From Paraspadella gotoi (lineage: Eukaryota; Animalia; Chaetognatha), in contig CM119264.1 in NCBI GenBank assembly GCA_051294375.1, forward strand, positions 24,096,002 to 24,160,001: 64,000 bases of DNA, written 5' to 3'. A program made the position numbers and the translations under genes. Positions 12,198-25,485 of the stretch are shown in pieces (position 1 is the first letter of the stretch; each line of letters begins with the position of its first letter). Under the pieces are notes generated by a model that did not search any database, was not told where the DNA came from, and worked only from the letters and a program-made list of their open reading frames with translations.

Positions 12198-14119
12198 TGT
12201 GCTGATTCACGTGAGCTTCGCACGGATGATTTGCGAAGGTGAGAAGAAGAATCGGCGCCAAAGAGATGACGAAAATATTTTTTCCCAGTCAGAATTCCCC
12301 TGTCGATTATAAATACGGTTTTTAAAACCAGCAGCTTTACCGAGTGGCATGAAACATTTTTGTTTACATTAGCGGTTCAAAATTTGAGGATTGTTCTCTT
12401 TAAACGGCCACCGTTCAGACGGGAAAAAAAGACCACGACGGAAATGCTCGATGCTGGGATCAACTTTGCTGGAGGAACTCACCGATTTAGATTACAGCTT
12501 AGGCTTGGCTTTGATCCTTTGAATGAAGCCCAAAAAGAATAAATTGAATAAGTTGAATCTTTTTAATGCAATCCATCGCGTGGCCTGCCGGACCTGGCGT
12601 GATTTCTTAAAGGAAGCACAGTCATAACATAACTTATGTCATAAGCACAGTCATAATGAATTACGGATTTCGCCCCAGACGCATTTTTAGCGGATGAATC
12701 ATAACATAAGCTTGTACAATTTGAGCTCAATTCCCGTTGCAGAGTGAAGGAGCTAAAATAAACAAAAGGGAATCGCCTCACAATTTACCAAAAGAAACAA
12801 AGATCTAATGTAATATTTATATTACTTATTAATAATAAGTAATATATATTTGTTAAAAACTTTTTTTTTGTAAAGGAAAAGAGAAAAACAATAAGAATAG
12901 AAAATTCGAATCATTGGCAGTTATTAAAAACTATCACCAATTCAATATTTGTAAACCAAAAATTTTATTAAATCAAATCGCTGACACCCCGTGACCCAAA
13001 TCCGATGATACAAAAGAAAAATTAATTATAAGTAAACTGTATGCCAATAATAAAAATTTATAATACCATTTAAAAAGTTCAAAACATTGCTTAAAAACGC
13101 TTTAAAACATTCTAAAAATACTATCGAAACCAGTAACAAAAAAAATTATTCTTCGACTTCATGGAGCAAAAAAACCTTGTCCAAAAGCAGCTCTAATTTT
13201 ATTACCATTACAAATGTTGAATGCTGATAACCACTTTGGTTTCTGCTGTCAAACCTTTCTAGTTATAAATTATCACAAGAAAAAAATCAGATTTTACAAT
13301 TTACAGGTTAGAACCTCACGATAGCTACGGAATATCCCCCCTTCTCAAGCTGATCTTTCGGTAAAAATTTTGGTAACAAACTTTTATGCAGCCGATGCTG
13401 TGATGCACTGGTCCCTAACAAGCTTAAACCACCATTTTTTCAAATTGTCTTGCCCTAAGCCATTCTTGTTTTTTCAGTTTTTCAAGGGAGGGCAAACTAA
13501 TTATAGGCAGTGAATACCCATCTTCGTCTTGCCAATAATCAACTTATCACAGAAAAGCAGTCTTGGAAATTGCTTAGTCAGCCAGCTAGAATTGTTTGAA
13601 TAAAGGCTGGAGTATCATTCTCCCAGGCACCATAAGGTTTATGGACTTAGTAATGGGCAAAAAAGCCCCAATATATCTGTACCAGGGTCATAAAAACTTA
13701 ATACAAAATTGTACTTGATTTTTAACAAATACGATTCGCCGACAATTTGGCGATTTTAGCATTTTCATGAGAAAATAGATTTAAAGTTGTTAATGATAAT
13801 GGATTTAAACAAAATTTATACATAAAAAACGTCAAAGAGTTATTTATCATTTAAAAAAATATGAGTATATCAACTCAGTAAAGTATGGCAATAGTTTTTT
13901 TTGTATCATTTTCTGCTGTCCACCATATTGAAGATCCTTATTTCCCCCTGGGTCCTGGTAGGGTTTCTTCAATAGAGCCAAAATAGGATACTTGCCCCCC
14001 AAAATCATAATTAGTTGTCCTAACATACTTTAGTAGCTTTTAAAGCCTCGATCAAAGTACCTTTTAGTTTTTATAATCTTTAAATAATGTGTTTTATCTT
14101 TCTTTTCGTTGTGTTTGGT

Positions 14120-14238
14120 GATTAAGCAAAAGGTGTTTTTATAGTCAACAACGATTTTATTTGATTTTGTACATGTTTCGGCTTGAATGCAAATCAAATA
14201 AAATCGTTGTTGACAATAAAAACTCCCTTTGCTTAATC
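14120..14238. repeat. ~120-bp palindrome (MITE/Penelope-remnant-like)
   Basis: gattaagcaaa..gtcaacaacgattttatttgattt pairs with aaatcaaataaaatcgttgttgac..tttgcttaatc. The loop contains acatgtttcg, the reverse complement of the hammerhead segment cGAAACATGT. Confidence 0.7.
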
Positions 14239-16438
14239 TTTAAATAGAAAAACAACTCGCTTTCAGTGATCAAATTTCGTACTACAGGTCATATTTGCAA
14301 GTACTCTGGTGTTCTTAAAGTAAAAGTCAAAACGACTTTAAATGCCATTGACAATGGTAAATGAAAAGAAATACTTCTTGATCCACCCTTTTGTTCCTCT
14401 TGAGTTGAGGCCTTCGTCACAAAGTCGACAGACGCCGCCCAAACTCGGCCAAACAAAGATCCAGAAAAAGTCAAATTTTCGAGATCCAAACCAGTAACAT
14501 TATTTCAGTTTTTCCATTTTTAATCTTACTCGATTACTCGGCGCTGTTGTAAACTAATCGAGAAACCTTTCTCAAGACTTTAATGACTTCAAACTTTTAC
14601 GACTCTTTATTTCGTAATAAATATAGATTTCTATTTTTAAACACACAATTAATTAAGAAGCGTAATAAATTTCTTTACAAGTTTCTTATTATCCCGTGCC
14701 AGCTGCGTGCTTTGCTCTCGAGGCACATTTGATGCCACGCGGCGATCACGTGAAGAGTCTAGGATTTCGTTCGATTCCATTTAGTCTGAGAAAAGCGAAC
14801 ACGTGAACGGGTCGTGGTCCACGGAGCTCTCTCTCTGTCACAACACCTGATTCGTCGGGAATAAAACTCGAAAACATTTCCTCAAAAGACGAAATTTGCT
14901 CAAACGCGTTGGCGTTTAAAATCTGCTGTGTGTCTATTATCTCATAAAATAAATTTTCTTGTCTCTATACAACAAACTTACGATTGCACTACCCTTTGAT
15001 TCGCAAGAATATTTAAATTGTTGTCTTACTTCTCTTTCATTAAAAAAAACAACAAAACGCCAAAACGCCAAATCGTCATAGCCGCTAAAATTTAAATGCT
15101 AATGTATACAGTGTTAAAATAATCTATCATGAGCATAGATTATGACATTTTTTTGTCAAAAATGCTTTCTTCTGAAGGTACTATCATATCTAAAATTATT
15201 ATCTGACAATATAGAGAAAAAATTTTGAAATCTTAAAATTTTTTGACGGATTCTGATAGAGCAAAAAAAATTTAACAAGAAATAATAATAAAAATAATTA
15301 AATAAATAAATTAGTAAATTAAATAAATAAATACAGCTTTTAAAAATTCTTACATTTTCTTAATGAAAATATTAAAATCATCAAACGGTGATGATGATGA
15401 TAATTATTTTTAGATTTTCTTATTTTTGACTTATCAGATTAGCAAAGTTTTTCGAATTTTACCTATCATAAAAATATTTAAAAAGAATTATACTTTGTGT
15501 AGACAACTTTTTATGACATATGTGAATCTGGTCTTAAAATTTAAAAATTCTCAATTTTTTTGGCCTTTCCTATCTATAAATATATATTAAAAAAATAATT
15601 ACAAGGGTATAGACCCATGTACTCGCTGTAAATTTTTGACTCGCCCAATTGAGTATAAACCAACAGTTTTTTTCGTTAGAAGTCAACTAAATTTTTTTCT
15701 TAAGGTAAAAAAATCGTTTTGAGAAAAACAAACCAAAAACATTTTCAGTGCACCTGTCCTCGTTATCTTAATAAATATTTGCCTAATGCCTACTTAGTTT
15801 CAGCTTTCAATCATGATTGCTTTTCATTTTTTTACAGTCTGTGAGAATTAAATTTAATGTCAAATCGTTCGCTAAATTGTGAATCTAAAATGTTTGCGAT
15901 TTTTTGATATTTTTGTTATTTTATATCAGTTAAATAAATTAAATAAATAAATTAGTTAAATTAATAATAGTTTTCAACCGAAATCGGTGTTAAATAGCCT
16001 ATGGATGATGCCGGGCTTCACTTGTAGAAAAGATAGCTTTTACTTGATCTTTTTACTGAGTATCGCTATTTTCCTTATTTGCTTAAAAGCATTTTTTTAT
16101 AAATTCGTTAACCGCCAGTTAAATGATTGAATAAGATTTGGATGCATCGAATAACTCACAAACTGAGTCTATGCGCTTCGCCTCACCTGATTCACCCCTC
16201 AATGAATAGCTCGTTAGAAGCGGCGTTACGCGTTCTCGCACTCGAAATTTGGAAGTCAAGAGAAAATTAAACTCGAAAGAAATCTCCAAACCCAATCGAC
16301 AGGTCACCACAACGACCATCGGGAGGATCCCTTACTTATATAACTCCCTGAAACGCGCTTCAAGATCAGTAAAGGTCACAAAAACAATTTTTCGCATGTT
16401 GTATATCGCGTTACATTTATGCCCTCTTTCGCCTTCAG

Positions 16439-18922
16439 ATGTCGCAAATACGCCGACGATTGGGTTCTATGTCCCTGACGAAGATGGAATCGTTTGACCA
16501 GACCGCCACCCAATACACTCCCCTGCCCGGAGTTCCAGATCGCGGCGCTCGTATCAGGGTGAGTGGATGGTTTTATCTCCGGGTCATCCTGATCCAAGTA
16601 AATGTGTCTTTACGCCACGCCAGGTGATGTACGCCGGCGCCTGCTATCGCACTCGATACCTAAACAATCGCTCGGACTTTCGTGTGCATGCCCCGGGTTA
16701 CGAGATCTCCGGCGTCATCGACGAACTTGGGTCAGAGGTCGATCCTGTTACTTGTCGCCTCCAGGTCAACGATCGAGTGGTCATCTATCCCTTCGAGAAG
16801 GAAGGAAACTCTGCCTTGGCGGATTCGGGGTAAAACCATATTTTTGAAGGACGAATAAGTTTTTTTTACATTAAGTGGATAAAAGATAAAAATTCTACTC
16901 GCTTATCACAGATATCCGGAATTCATTGCTATCCCTGACTTGCATTGCGTGGTCAAAATTCCTGATGATCTGGACATGGAGGTGGCCGCCATGTTGCCCT
17001 GTGGCGGCCTGCGCGCATTCAATGCCGTTTGCCGTGCGCGACAGCACATTGACCTCAAGCTGCGCACCAACGGTTCTTGTACCCTCGTCATCGTCAGCGC
17101 CGGCGGTCTGGGGCTCTGGGCTCTACGGTGCACGCAGTTCTTTTATGGAAATGAAAAGAATCTCAAGTGAGTCGTCGAAGATGTCATTAAAAAATTGAAT
17201 TTTATCCTGTTGGCGACCATAATTCTTTTGGCACCATTACTGTGTAATAAGCAGGATCGACGAGCGAATTAGTCATCGTATACTTTCCTATACTTTTCGA
17301 GCCAAGTGATTTGAACACACGTTCAAAACCCACAAATGTCGCTGTTTCCAGTATCGTCATGACGGACAACAAATCTGAGAAGTTGTTTCACGCTTTGGAC
17401 GAAGGGGCGGACGACGTGATTCACTGGGCCGAGTCGGAGCACGAAGGTTACCTCTACGAACGAACGCGCGACGTTTGTCAAGAAGGCGTGGATGTTGCCA
17501 TCGACTTCGTCAGGTTCGCTTGGACGCTTTCATTTTTAAGTTAGAACAATAACCTTCATTTGTTCGCGATGTTTTGAACCTTTTACATTCACTCTTTCAG
17601 CTCACCGAGGACCCTGAAGAGACTCCTGAGCGTTTTAAATTTCGAGGGTTTGTGTGTCGTCGCGGGAAACTCCGGACACGAGGCTTACGTGTCATTACAG
17701 GTGCTAACGTGGTGGGGTGTGGTGCGCCGAGTTATTTGGGGATAAATAATTAAGGAATTAAAATCTAAAAACCATTATTATTATACCATACAGACTTTGG
17801 CGATCAACGAGCAGTCGTTGGTGGGTACTCAAAGAGGAACGATCGAAATGTTGCAGCAACTAGTCGGTCTTGTCGCTGAGAAAAAGGTGTATTTTTATGA
17901 CTTTAGCTCTCAGCATGACTGTGGCGCTTAATTACCATCTTAGAAAATGAATAAGTCGCCAAAAACATGCCGAACCTTTGATCCCTTCGACTCCTTTAGT
18001 ATTGAAATCGCGGGAAAAAAATATATCTGTAAAATTTTACTTTTTATGATTCGAATGAGTTATAGTTCGGTAAAATGCGATTAAAAACACTGGTGCGTGA
18101 GGATGTCAACGAAAATCTGGCTTTCTCAATTTTTATGATAATTTCACGAAAATAATCATTTGTCGCATTATAATAATATTTTTTGGATAATGGATATATT
18201 ACTATACCTAATATAACTTTCGGGGGTTTTTTGGTATGCGCATCATTTGATTTTAATATTAATCTACATTATATCAATAAACATTTACTTACACAGAAAA
18301 AAAATAATTTTAACGTTATTTTAGTGCGAAGCACTTTTCTTTTATTCATCACTAGATGGCAACAGCCGGGTTGCCTGTGATTCCCATTGGGATGGGGCAT
18401 CTCACTGTTGGTCTTGGGGGCTTTCGACCCTCAGTGACGCCTCCTGTCACTGGCGCGGTTAGTAACCGCGCCGCGGTTACCCTAGGATCGTCTCGCTTTG
18501 CCAACGCAGAGGGAAGTCGTTAGGATTGTGAAGGTGATGGTGCGTTCCCCCTCAATGGGTCAATGGGATCGGCTGAACGATGGTGGACAACTCTAGTATT
18601 TCTAATCATATTACGCTCAAAATAGGTTCATTAAAAATAAAATCAGAAAAAGCTTATTTTCATATATATATATACATTATTTTTTAGATTTTTAAATTAA
18701 AAACTTCAAAAGTTACCGAAAGTTGGCGACTTATTCATTTTCTAAGATGGTATATTTAAAATAATAATAGATTATAATTTGCTTTTCGTTTTCGTTCTAT
18801 TATAGATTCATCCGCCTGCTTATCAGATTTATCCCGTGTCTGAAGCTGATAAAGCGTTCAAAGAGGTCTCTCTTGCGAAAGTCAAAGGACGGGCTATACT
18901 GAAGGTGAACCAGAAAGATTAA
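16439..18922 (+). CDS. Medium-chain dehydrogenase/reductase (zinc alcohol dehydrogenase fold), divergent; ~7 exons
   Basis: Spliced exons give VMYAGACY, PGYEISGVIDELGSEV, LQVNDRVVIYP, AAMLPCGGLRAFNAV, SAGGLGLWAL, GVDVAIDFV and KVKGRAILKV, the MDR GroES-like plus Rossmann motifs. Confidence 0.85.
18358..18590. repeat. GC-rich structured dispersed repeat; second copy at ~30451-30670
   Basis: gcaacag.cgggttgcctgtg, gaccctcagtgac..gtcactggcgcggtta, ccctagga..gtctcgctttgccaacgca.agggaagtcgttagga and gatggtgcgt occur in the same order at both sites. Confidence 0.75.
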
Positions 18923-19801
18923 ATTTTGGAAGCCGAGGTAATGTTTAATTTTTGATTTTTTTAAAGGTTTGTTTGCCTGAAATGGAGGAATCAGAGCAAT
19001 AATACTACTCCGCAAAAATATTCCTACGGTCAATTCTCAGTATTATTTCTCTTTTGTTTAATTCTACCATTTTTGTGATTGGTTCATAATATACCTATTT
19101 TTCTCTACCCCACCCTTTTTGTGCTATTTTATGAAAAGCTCAATCAAGTTTTGGTCCAAAAAGTTTTTTTTTTCATCTGCTTATGTTTTTTTTTTTAGAT
19201 TCTGACCCGATCAACGTTTTGCGTAGACCTAGTCTTATTGTTTCGTATCGAGGTGTTAAAATGAAAATCCTTTTGTCCTGTTTTTGTTACTTAATGCTTA
19301 TTTAGTTATTACAATATAAGATGGAAAAACGAAATTAGTTTTGTCCCGTGACAATTTACGAATCTAATATCTAGACCAATAACTTAATAAAACCTGTGCT
19401 ACGGTTAGATGGCTATATTTTATTTTTCGAGAGGTGCATTTAACGTATGAGTCTATGCTGATAAATTCGAAATAAACTGAGTAATTTAAATAATTCTCAA
19501 GAGTTATTTTTTCCTTCGTTACCAGCACTTTTAGTCAGTCGACACTTCAAGATAGCAAAAGGTAAAAAGGCTACTCTTTTCTATTGCGCACTTTGACAGC
19601 GAATTTTCTGTGTGAATCACTAAATAGAAATTAAGATCAATCTTATTTTCCTATTAATGTACGTAAAATTACGAGTTCAAGAAAAGGGGGAATTTTTTTT
19701 TTTTTTAGTTTATTTGCAGTCCAAAGTTAGCTTGCCACAACAGGAGAAAAAAACAGGCGCAAATGAAAACTTAAAAAAAAAGTTATTCAAACAAAAAAAC
19801 A

Positions 19802-20673
19802 TCAAGAAATTTCAATCATAGATCGAACTCTGGGCCGTTGCTTCCGTTTCTTCTTTCCCTTGTACGGGTTGTATGGTTCGCTAGTTTTCGAATCGCTCAA
19901 ACCCGAGTCTTCGGAGCAGCACACCGCCGCGCCTACCGTCTCCGGAGCCGAGTCTTGCCGGGATGCCGTCGGCCTTGACTCAGGAAATCTGTCCGTCACC
20001 TCCCCTTTGTCCGCCTCCTCCAATAGGTCGCCCCACGCGGCGTTCGGAGGAGCGAGGGAGGTTGGGTGAGTAACGACACCTCCCTTGTAGGTCTCCACGT
20101 CGTCGCTGATCCCGTCGTCGGTTAAGGTGTAGCCCTTATCGGTCATTTCGGCGTCTACTGTGTCGATCAAGTCGGTGTCTCCCTCGTCCGTCCTCTCCGC
20201 GCTTCGTAAATCCTCCACCTCGCTCTCAACCAATGGGCTTTCGTTTTGCTCCGCCTCTGCCGGAGACTTAGGCTCGTTGCTCGGTAAAAAGGAAATCGAA
20301 TCTTCGACCCTCTTTTCTTTGTCTGCGACACCAGTTTCCGCAGACGACTCCGGGGAGCTCCTGCGCCTCTGGACTATCGATCGCAAACGGCGCTCCAAGT
20401 CGAGTCCCAAGCTCTTGTAACTCTCCTTGACTGCTCGGAACCGCTGGCTCTGGTCGGCGCTGTGGTTCTGGATGGCATCTAGGCGCGCCTCCATGCGGTC
20501 CGAGGTCACGCCCATCCGCTGCATCTCCTCCATGCTCATGAAGATGTCGCGCTCGAACTCTTCGAACATTTTGTCGTAGTTGGTCTTAACTGCCTTGTAG
20601 TCGTCGTCTCGTTGGGCTCTGAAATGTGGAGATGGATGAATTGTTTGACCCATTGACCCAAGTAAAGGTTTGT

Positions 20674-20757
<84 letters not shown>

Positions 20758-23700
20758 CTCCTCTCTCTCTCTCTCTCCCTCTCTCTCTGCTCTCTCGCAC
20801 AATAAATCAAAAGGCAAACCTGTCTGCGCGGACATCGGATCCCCCTTTGCTCTCGTTCGATCTCTTCCTCCTTTGATTTGGCCAATCTTTCCGCCTCAGC
20901 CTTTTCCTCGTCCATCTTCATGATTTCCGCAATGAGTTCGTCGATGTCTTCAGTCGAATCGTCGACCGACTTTTTCCCCTTCTGCTTCTTCTTATTCTTC
21001 TTATCTTTGCTCAAACTCGGCGTCCGGCTCCGCGTCGACTTCTCCGCTTTCGATCTCTCGCTCTTTCCCGAGGTTTCCGTCGTTTTTTCCGTTGCCGATT
21101 GCGTCTCGGGTTGAGAGTCTCTCCCTTCGCTATCGACCGGGGTTTCCGTCGTTTCCAGATTCGTCGGTTCTATTAGATGATGCTCTTTAATCTTGGCCTC
21201 TTCTTCTCTTATTTCAGATGATTTTTCGCCGCCTCCTTCCTCCTCTGAAAGTCGCGCCACGAAATTTTCCTGTAGGGTCTTGGATTTCGCCGACCCATGC
21301 GGCTGAGCGATGTGGATGTCTTGTTGCACCTTGACCCCTTTAGTCCTGGACGCCAAGCAGAACTGCAAGATCCTCCAAGCGACGCCTGCTTTTTCTTTGT
21401 CAGTCAAATTCGAATCTTCAGAGTCACTTCTCTTGACCAGCAAATCTGCCATCCTGGCGTCCATCTCTTGTTGCGTCTGCTTTGGCTCCTCTCCCTTTTT
21501 CTCTTCCTCCTTTTCAACTTCCTTCTTCTCTTTATCATCCCGAGTAAGGTTTTCTGTCGAGTCTTTTCCGCTTTTTTGCGGTTTCACCTCCGCGTTTTGA
21601 TTCTGTTTCGTTCTCGCCCGCGGCGTTTTGCTTTTTCTGTTTTCGTTCTGCTTCGTTTTATCGATTTTCTTTCCTTGATTTTCGATCTTATCCTTTCCTT
21701 TAGGCGTCGATCTCTCATTAGCAGTTTTTTCCTTCGGAGAGATTTCCGATTTAACTTGATCCTTCCGTACAGATGCTGTCGCCTGTACATCGATGTCTTT
21801 TGTTTTTGTATCAACTTGCGAAGAAGCGTTTTTCCTTAAATCGGGCTGAGACGGCTTTTCCACGCCCTTCGTCTGAGGAGACGGCGTTTGAGAGTTTGTC
21901 CCTGTCTCAATTAGATCCGTGGGCGCCTTAGGCGGTGACGCTGTTGCTTGGTTGGTCTTTGCCGGAGTTACTGCAGCGGATTGTGCCGTGGAAGCATCGA
22001 CAATCGTAGAGGATACCTTAGTTGTAGTGGTTGGAGCGGATGTCCCCGTGGCAGGGGGATTCGGAGCAGATGATGACGTGGAAACTGCGGCAGCTAACGT
22101 TGGTGTCTGTGCTGATGTCGGGACGGCTTTGGCGACGATTCTCGCCCAGGACATTTGCTTTGCTCCGGGAGGAAGAGGCGTCGGTTTGATGGGAACGATG
22201 GGTTTTTCCTTGGCAGGAATTTCTACGGCTTTGTGACTTGCCGACTGAGAGTGAACTCGCTCGGTTTGCGGATTTTTTTCCGTTTTGTTTTCTGTTTTTT
22301 TGACGACGTTTTTCGCTTTTGATTCCATATGGTCTGAAGGAGTTACTGTGGTTAGTACAGTAGTTGTTACTGTAGTTTTTTCTGTCGTGACTGCAGTTAT
22401 CTTCTCGTTACTCTTCTCCTCTGCTTCCTTTTGCATCTCCCCCGCCTTCTCCGAATCACCGGCGTTCGAGCTCGAGGAGATGACCTCTATCGATTCGCTG
22501 GAGACGGTCTCGTCTTGGACGGGGCAGGATCGGGACGGGATGTCCGTGACGGGATCCATAATCGCCGCCTTTTCCTCTTTCGTTTTCTCCTCGTTCGACG
22601 CCTTTTCTCCGCCCGAGGGCGCAGCCTCCCTCATCTCCTCTTTCTTCAACAAAAGATCTCCCGATTGCCTTCTCTCCTTCTTCTTCTTCTTCTTGTTCCT
22701 CAATTTGCTCTTCTCCGCTTCGTAGGACGAGATTCTCACCTCGCTCCCTTCGGAGGTGATGGACTCGCACTCGTCGTTGGAGCGCAGCCGCACCGTCGCC
22801 GGTAGCGGCAGCGGCTTTCCCTTCTTGCCGCGGCGGCGCTGGACGGGCTTCTCGTCGAGAAAATCGTCGGACGAGGAAATCTCCGCCTCGGACAACTTGC
22901 TGGGTATGCCTTCGAGAATCTTGCGCAAGGGGACGCTCGACTGGGCTGACGGCGGCTTGGCCAGGTCGTTGGGTATCTCAAGAGATGGGTGGTCTCCGTC
23001 GTTGGAGAGACTCGAAGTGTCTTCCTCGCCCGCATGGGCGAGATGATGATGGTGATGACCGCCCGTCAGCAGATCGGGCATCTCCAGTTCATACTGCAGC
23101 TCTTGCATCCGTTTCCACTGCGGGTGCTGCCTGGAGAAGACCTTTGACATCTCCTTGAGGGCGTTGGTGATAATTTCGAGTCCCGCGTCGCGATTTCCCT
23201 CCTGCGCGGATCGCTTCGCCTCGCATTCGCTCTTGTAGGCCCTGACGAGCGTGGCGAAGGCGCTACGTTCGCCTCTACCGCGATTGACGGCCTCCAACAG
23301 ATCGTCAAGAGTATCGATCGCCTCCGAGTGCAGGCCCATCTTCTGTTGCGACGCAGCCGTCGCCAGGTAAAATTCTGTGAAGAAAGTCTTTAGACTCGAC
23401 AGCAGCGGGTGTGCCAGTGTCCGCGTTAACAGCTGCCCGTAGTTGGCCATCATTTCAATGAGGTGCTCGAGCCGACGATCGATGTCGACGGGATCATCCT
23501 CGGTCAGGGAGATCGGCAGCACCGTGTAGGCACAGGTGAAAATCTTGATGATGGTTTTGAGGCTGAGTCTGTTGGCATAGAAAAAGACTTGATCCTGCTT
23601 CAACATGAGGGCGTGGCAGCGATCGAGACAGTCCTTGTACTCTTCCCGCTCCATGAGTCGCGCGATTTTCTCGTGCTCGATCAACGACTCGACCACGATC

Positions 23701-24728
23701 TGTTTAACGAGCGTCTTCTCGTCGTCGCCGAGCCGATAACCGCACTGTTCGCAGGGCATGAAGCCCGCTGACCCTCCGGGCTGGACCAGGCCCTCGCACT
23801 CCGGGCAGCGGCCGAGAAAGCTGAGGTCGTCCTCGTTGCACCATTGACAGTCGCAGTCGAAGAGGTACTTCTTCTTCAGTTTCTCTTTTCGCTTCTTCGT
23901 CGACGCGAGCTGGAGAAGATCGACGACGGAGTAGGTCGTCCGGATGCGACTTAAGTTCTTTTTGGGTCCTAAGTCCAGGAAGGACTTAGGGATGGGCTCG
24001 AGGGCCCGTATGTGGGCAGAGGTGCCGTGGAAGCTGGTGACGGCGTTGGGCTTGCAGGAGTGGTCGAGGCGGGAGGCGTCGAGGTAGATGGCGGTGCCGA
24101 TGTCCGAGGATCCCAAGTCGTCGGTGACGCCATAAGAGTTGACGGCGATGCGACCGAAGACGTGGAGGAAGAAGGCGTCGTCGTACTTGACGAGGACGAG
24201 AGGATCCGGTACGCGGAGGAAATACTTGAGCGCCTCCGTGATGATGTTGAGACGCTGCATCCGCTCCGGCTGTTGACGCATCTCCTCCACGTGGGGCTCG
24301 AGGTCGTCAAAGCAGCGCTTGTAGACGGCCGACTTGACGCTGACGTTCTCGCCCCGGGCGTCGCGGTCCACGATCCTCGCCATAAGACGCACCATGGCGT
24401 TGGCGAGCTTCTCGCGGAGATTTTCGGGCAAAGAGAGGATTCGCTTGCATTCAGTCTTGTGGAAGGGCCAGTCACCCTTCTGGCAATCCTTGGAGCAATA
24501 ATGGACGAACTTGCACTTGGCGCAAGCGCCCAGCGGACCGACGAGTGATTTTTCCGGACAGCGGAAGCAAAAGTCGCAGCGCTTCCCGCGCTCCTCGTCG
24601 TTGATCACGGCCACGTAGGCGCTGTCTTCGAAGATGATGTCGCCCGGTTGGAACATCTCTGGGGGCTGCGTCGCGGCGGCGGCGGAAGCGGCGCGGGCGC
24701 CATCGCCCGCTGCGGGAAGAACGCTCAT
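19802..24728 (-). CDS. SET and MYND domain protein (SMYD3-like lysine methyltransferase) with >1000-aa low-complexity/charged tail; exons 24728-20820 and 20618-19802, with an apparent +1 frameshift near 20870
   Basis: MYND finger (CDFC...CAKC...YCSKDCQKGDWPFHKTEC), SET motif DHSCKPNA, post-SET YLFDCDCQWC, a helical TPR-like region, then K/E/S/T-rich sequence. A GT-AG intron contains the (GA)n tract. Confidence 0.88.
20677..20795. repeat. (GA/TC)n microsatellite, representative of many tracts (e.g. 25160, 25390, 26040, 26220, 29704, 33530, 40850, 42655, 42940, 44140, 47670, 50835, 51540, 56800)
   Basis: Directly visible dinucleotide runs of 40-140 bp. They generate the spurious RERERE/SLSLSL ORFs. 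Confidence 0.97.
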
Positions 24729-25154
24729 CCCTTGTTGAAGGAGAAAAAAGTTAAAGATCAGTTTCAGCGGTTAATACAGTTTTTCGTAAAATTATTTCGC
24801 GTTTGTGGAACAAAATATTTTTTTTAAAACACCTTTTCCATTCTTCGGTAGAGGAAGTAGGTTAATCTGATTAGAGTAATGTGTTCATCCAGGATTTAAG
24901 TATACCCTTTAATTGTGATAAATTCATAATTTCCGAAGAAAAGAGTTCAAAATCAAAATACTACTTATATCATTCTACTAGGATATTATCACTGAACTTT
25001 ATTCAGTTAAAATGTCATCTGAACGACGTTTTTCATTGAGAGGAGTATTTTTTTAAAAAAAATGAGAATTAGAGAAATGATAAAATTTGAGGTTTTCCTC
25101 GTTTTCGACGAAGCGGTAGAAGTGGTCAACGATGAGCGATTTCATTTCAATTCT

Positions 25155-25275
<121 letters not shown>

Positions 25276-25384
25276 ACCCAGTAAGATAGCCCTTTGATTA
25301 TTCTCGATTGAAGGGAAAATCTAAAGAACGCCCTCCGCGCGCAGGTAAAAAGCAAAAGAAGAGGGAGCAAATGAGAGAGAACGA

Positions 25385-25485
<101 letters not shown>

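Noticed and set aside
24040-24075. SET motif DHSC instead of NHSC as a sign of a dead enzyme
   Set aside because: As I recall, DHSC is common in invertebrate SMYD3-like proteins, so it is not evidence of inactivity.
21297-24548. Several plus-strand ORFs of 100-180 aa overlapping the SMYD gene
   Set aside because: Antisense shadows of a GC-rich coding exon.
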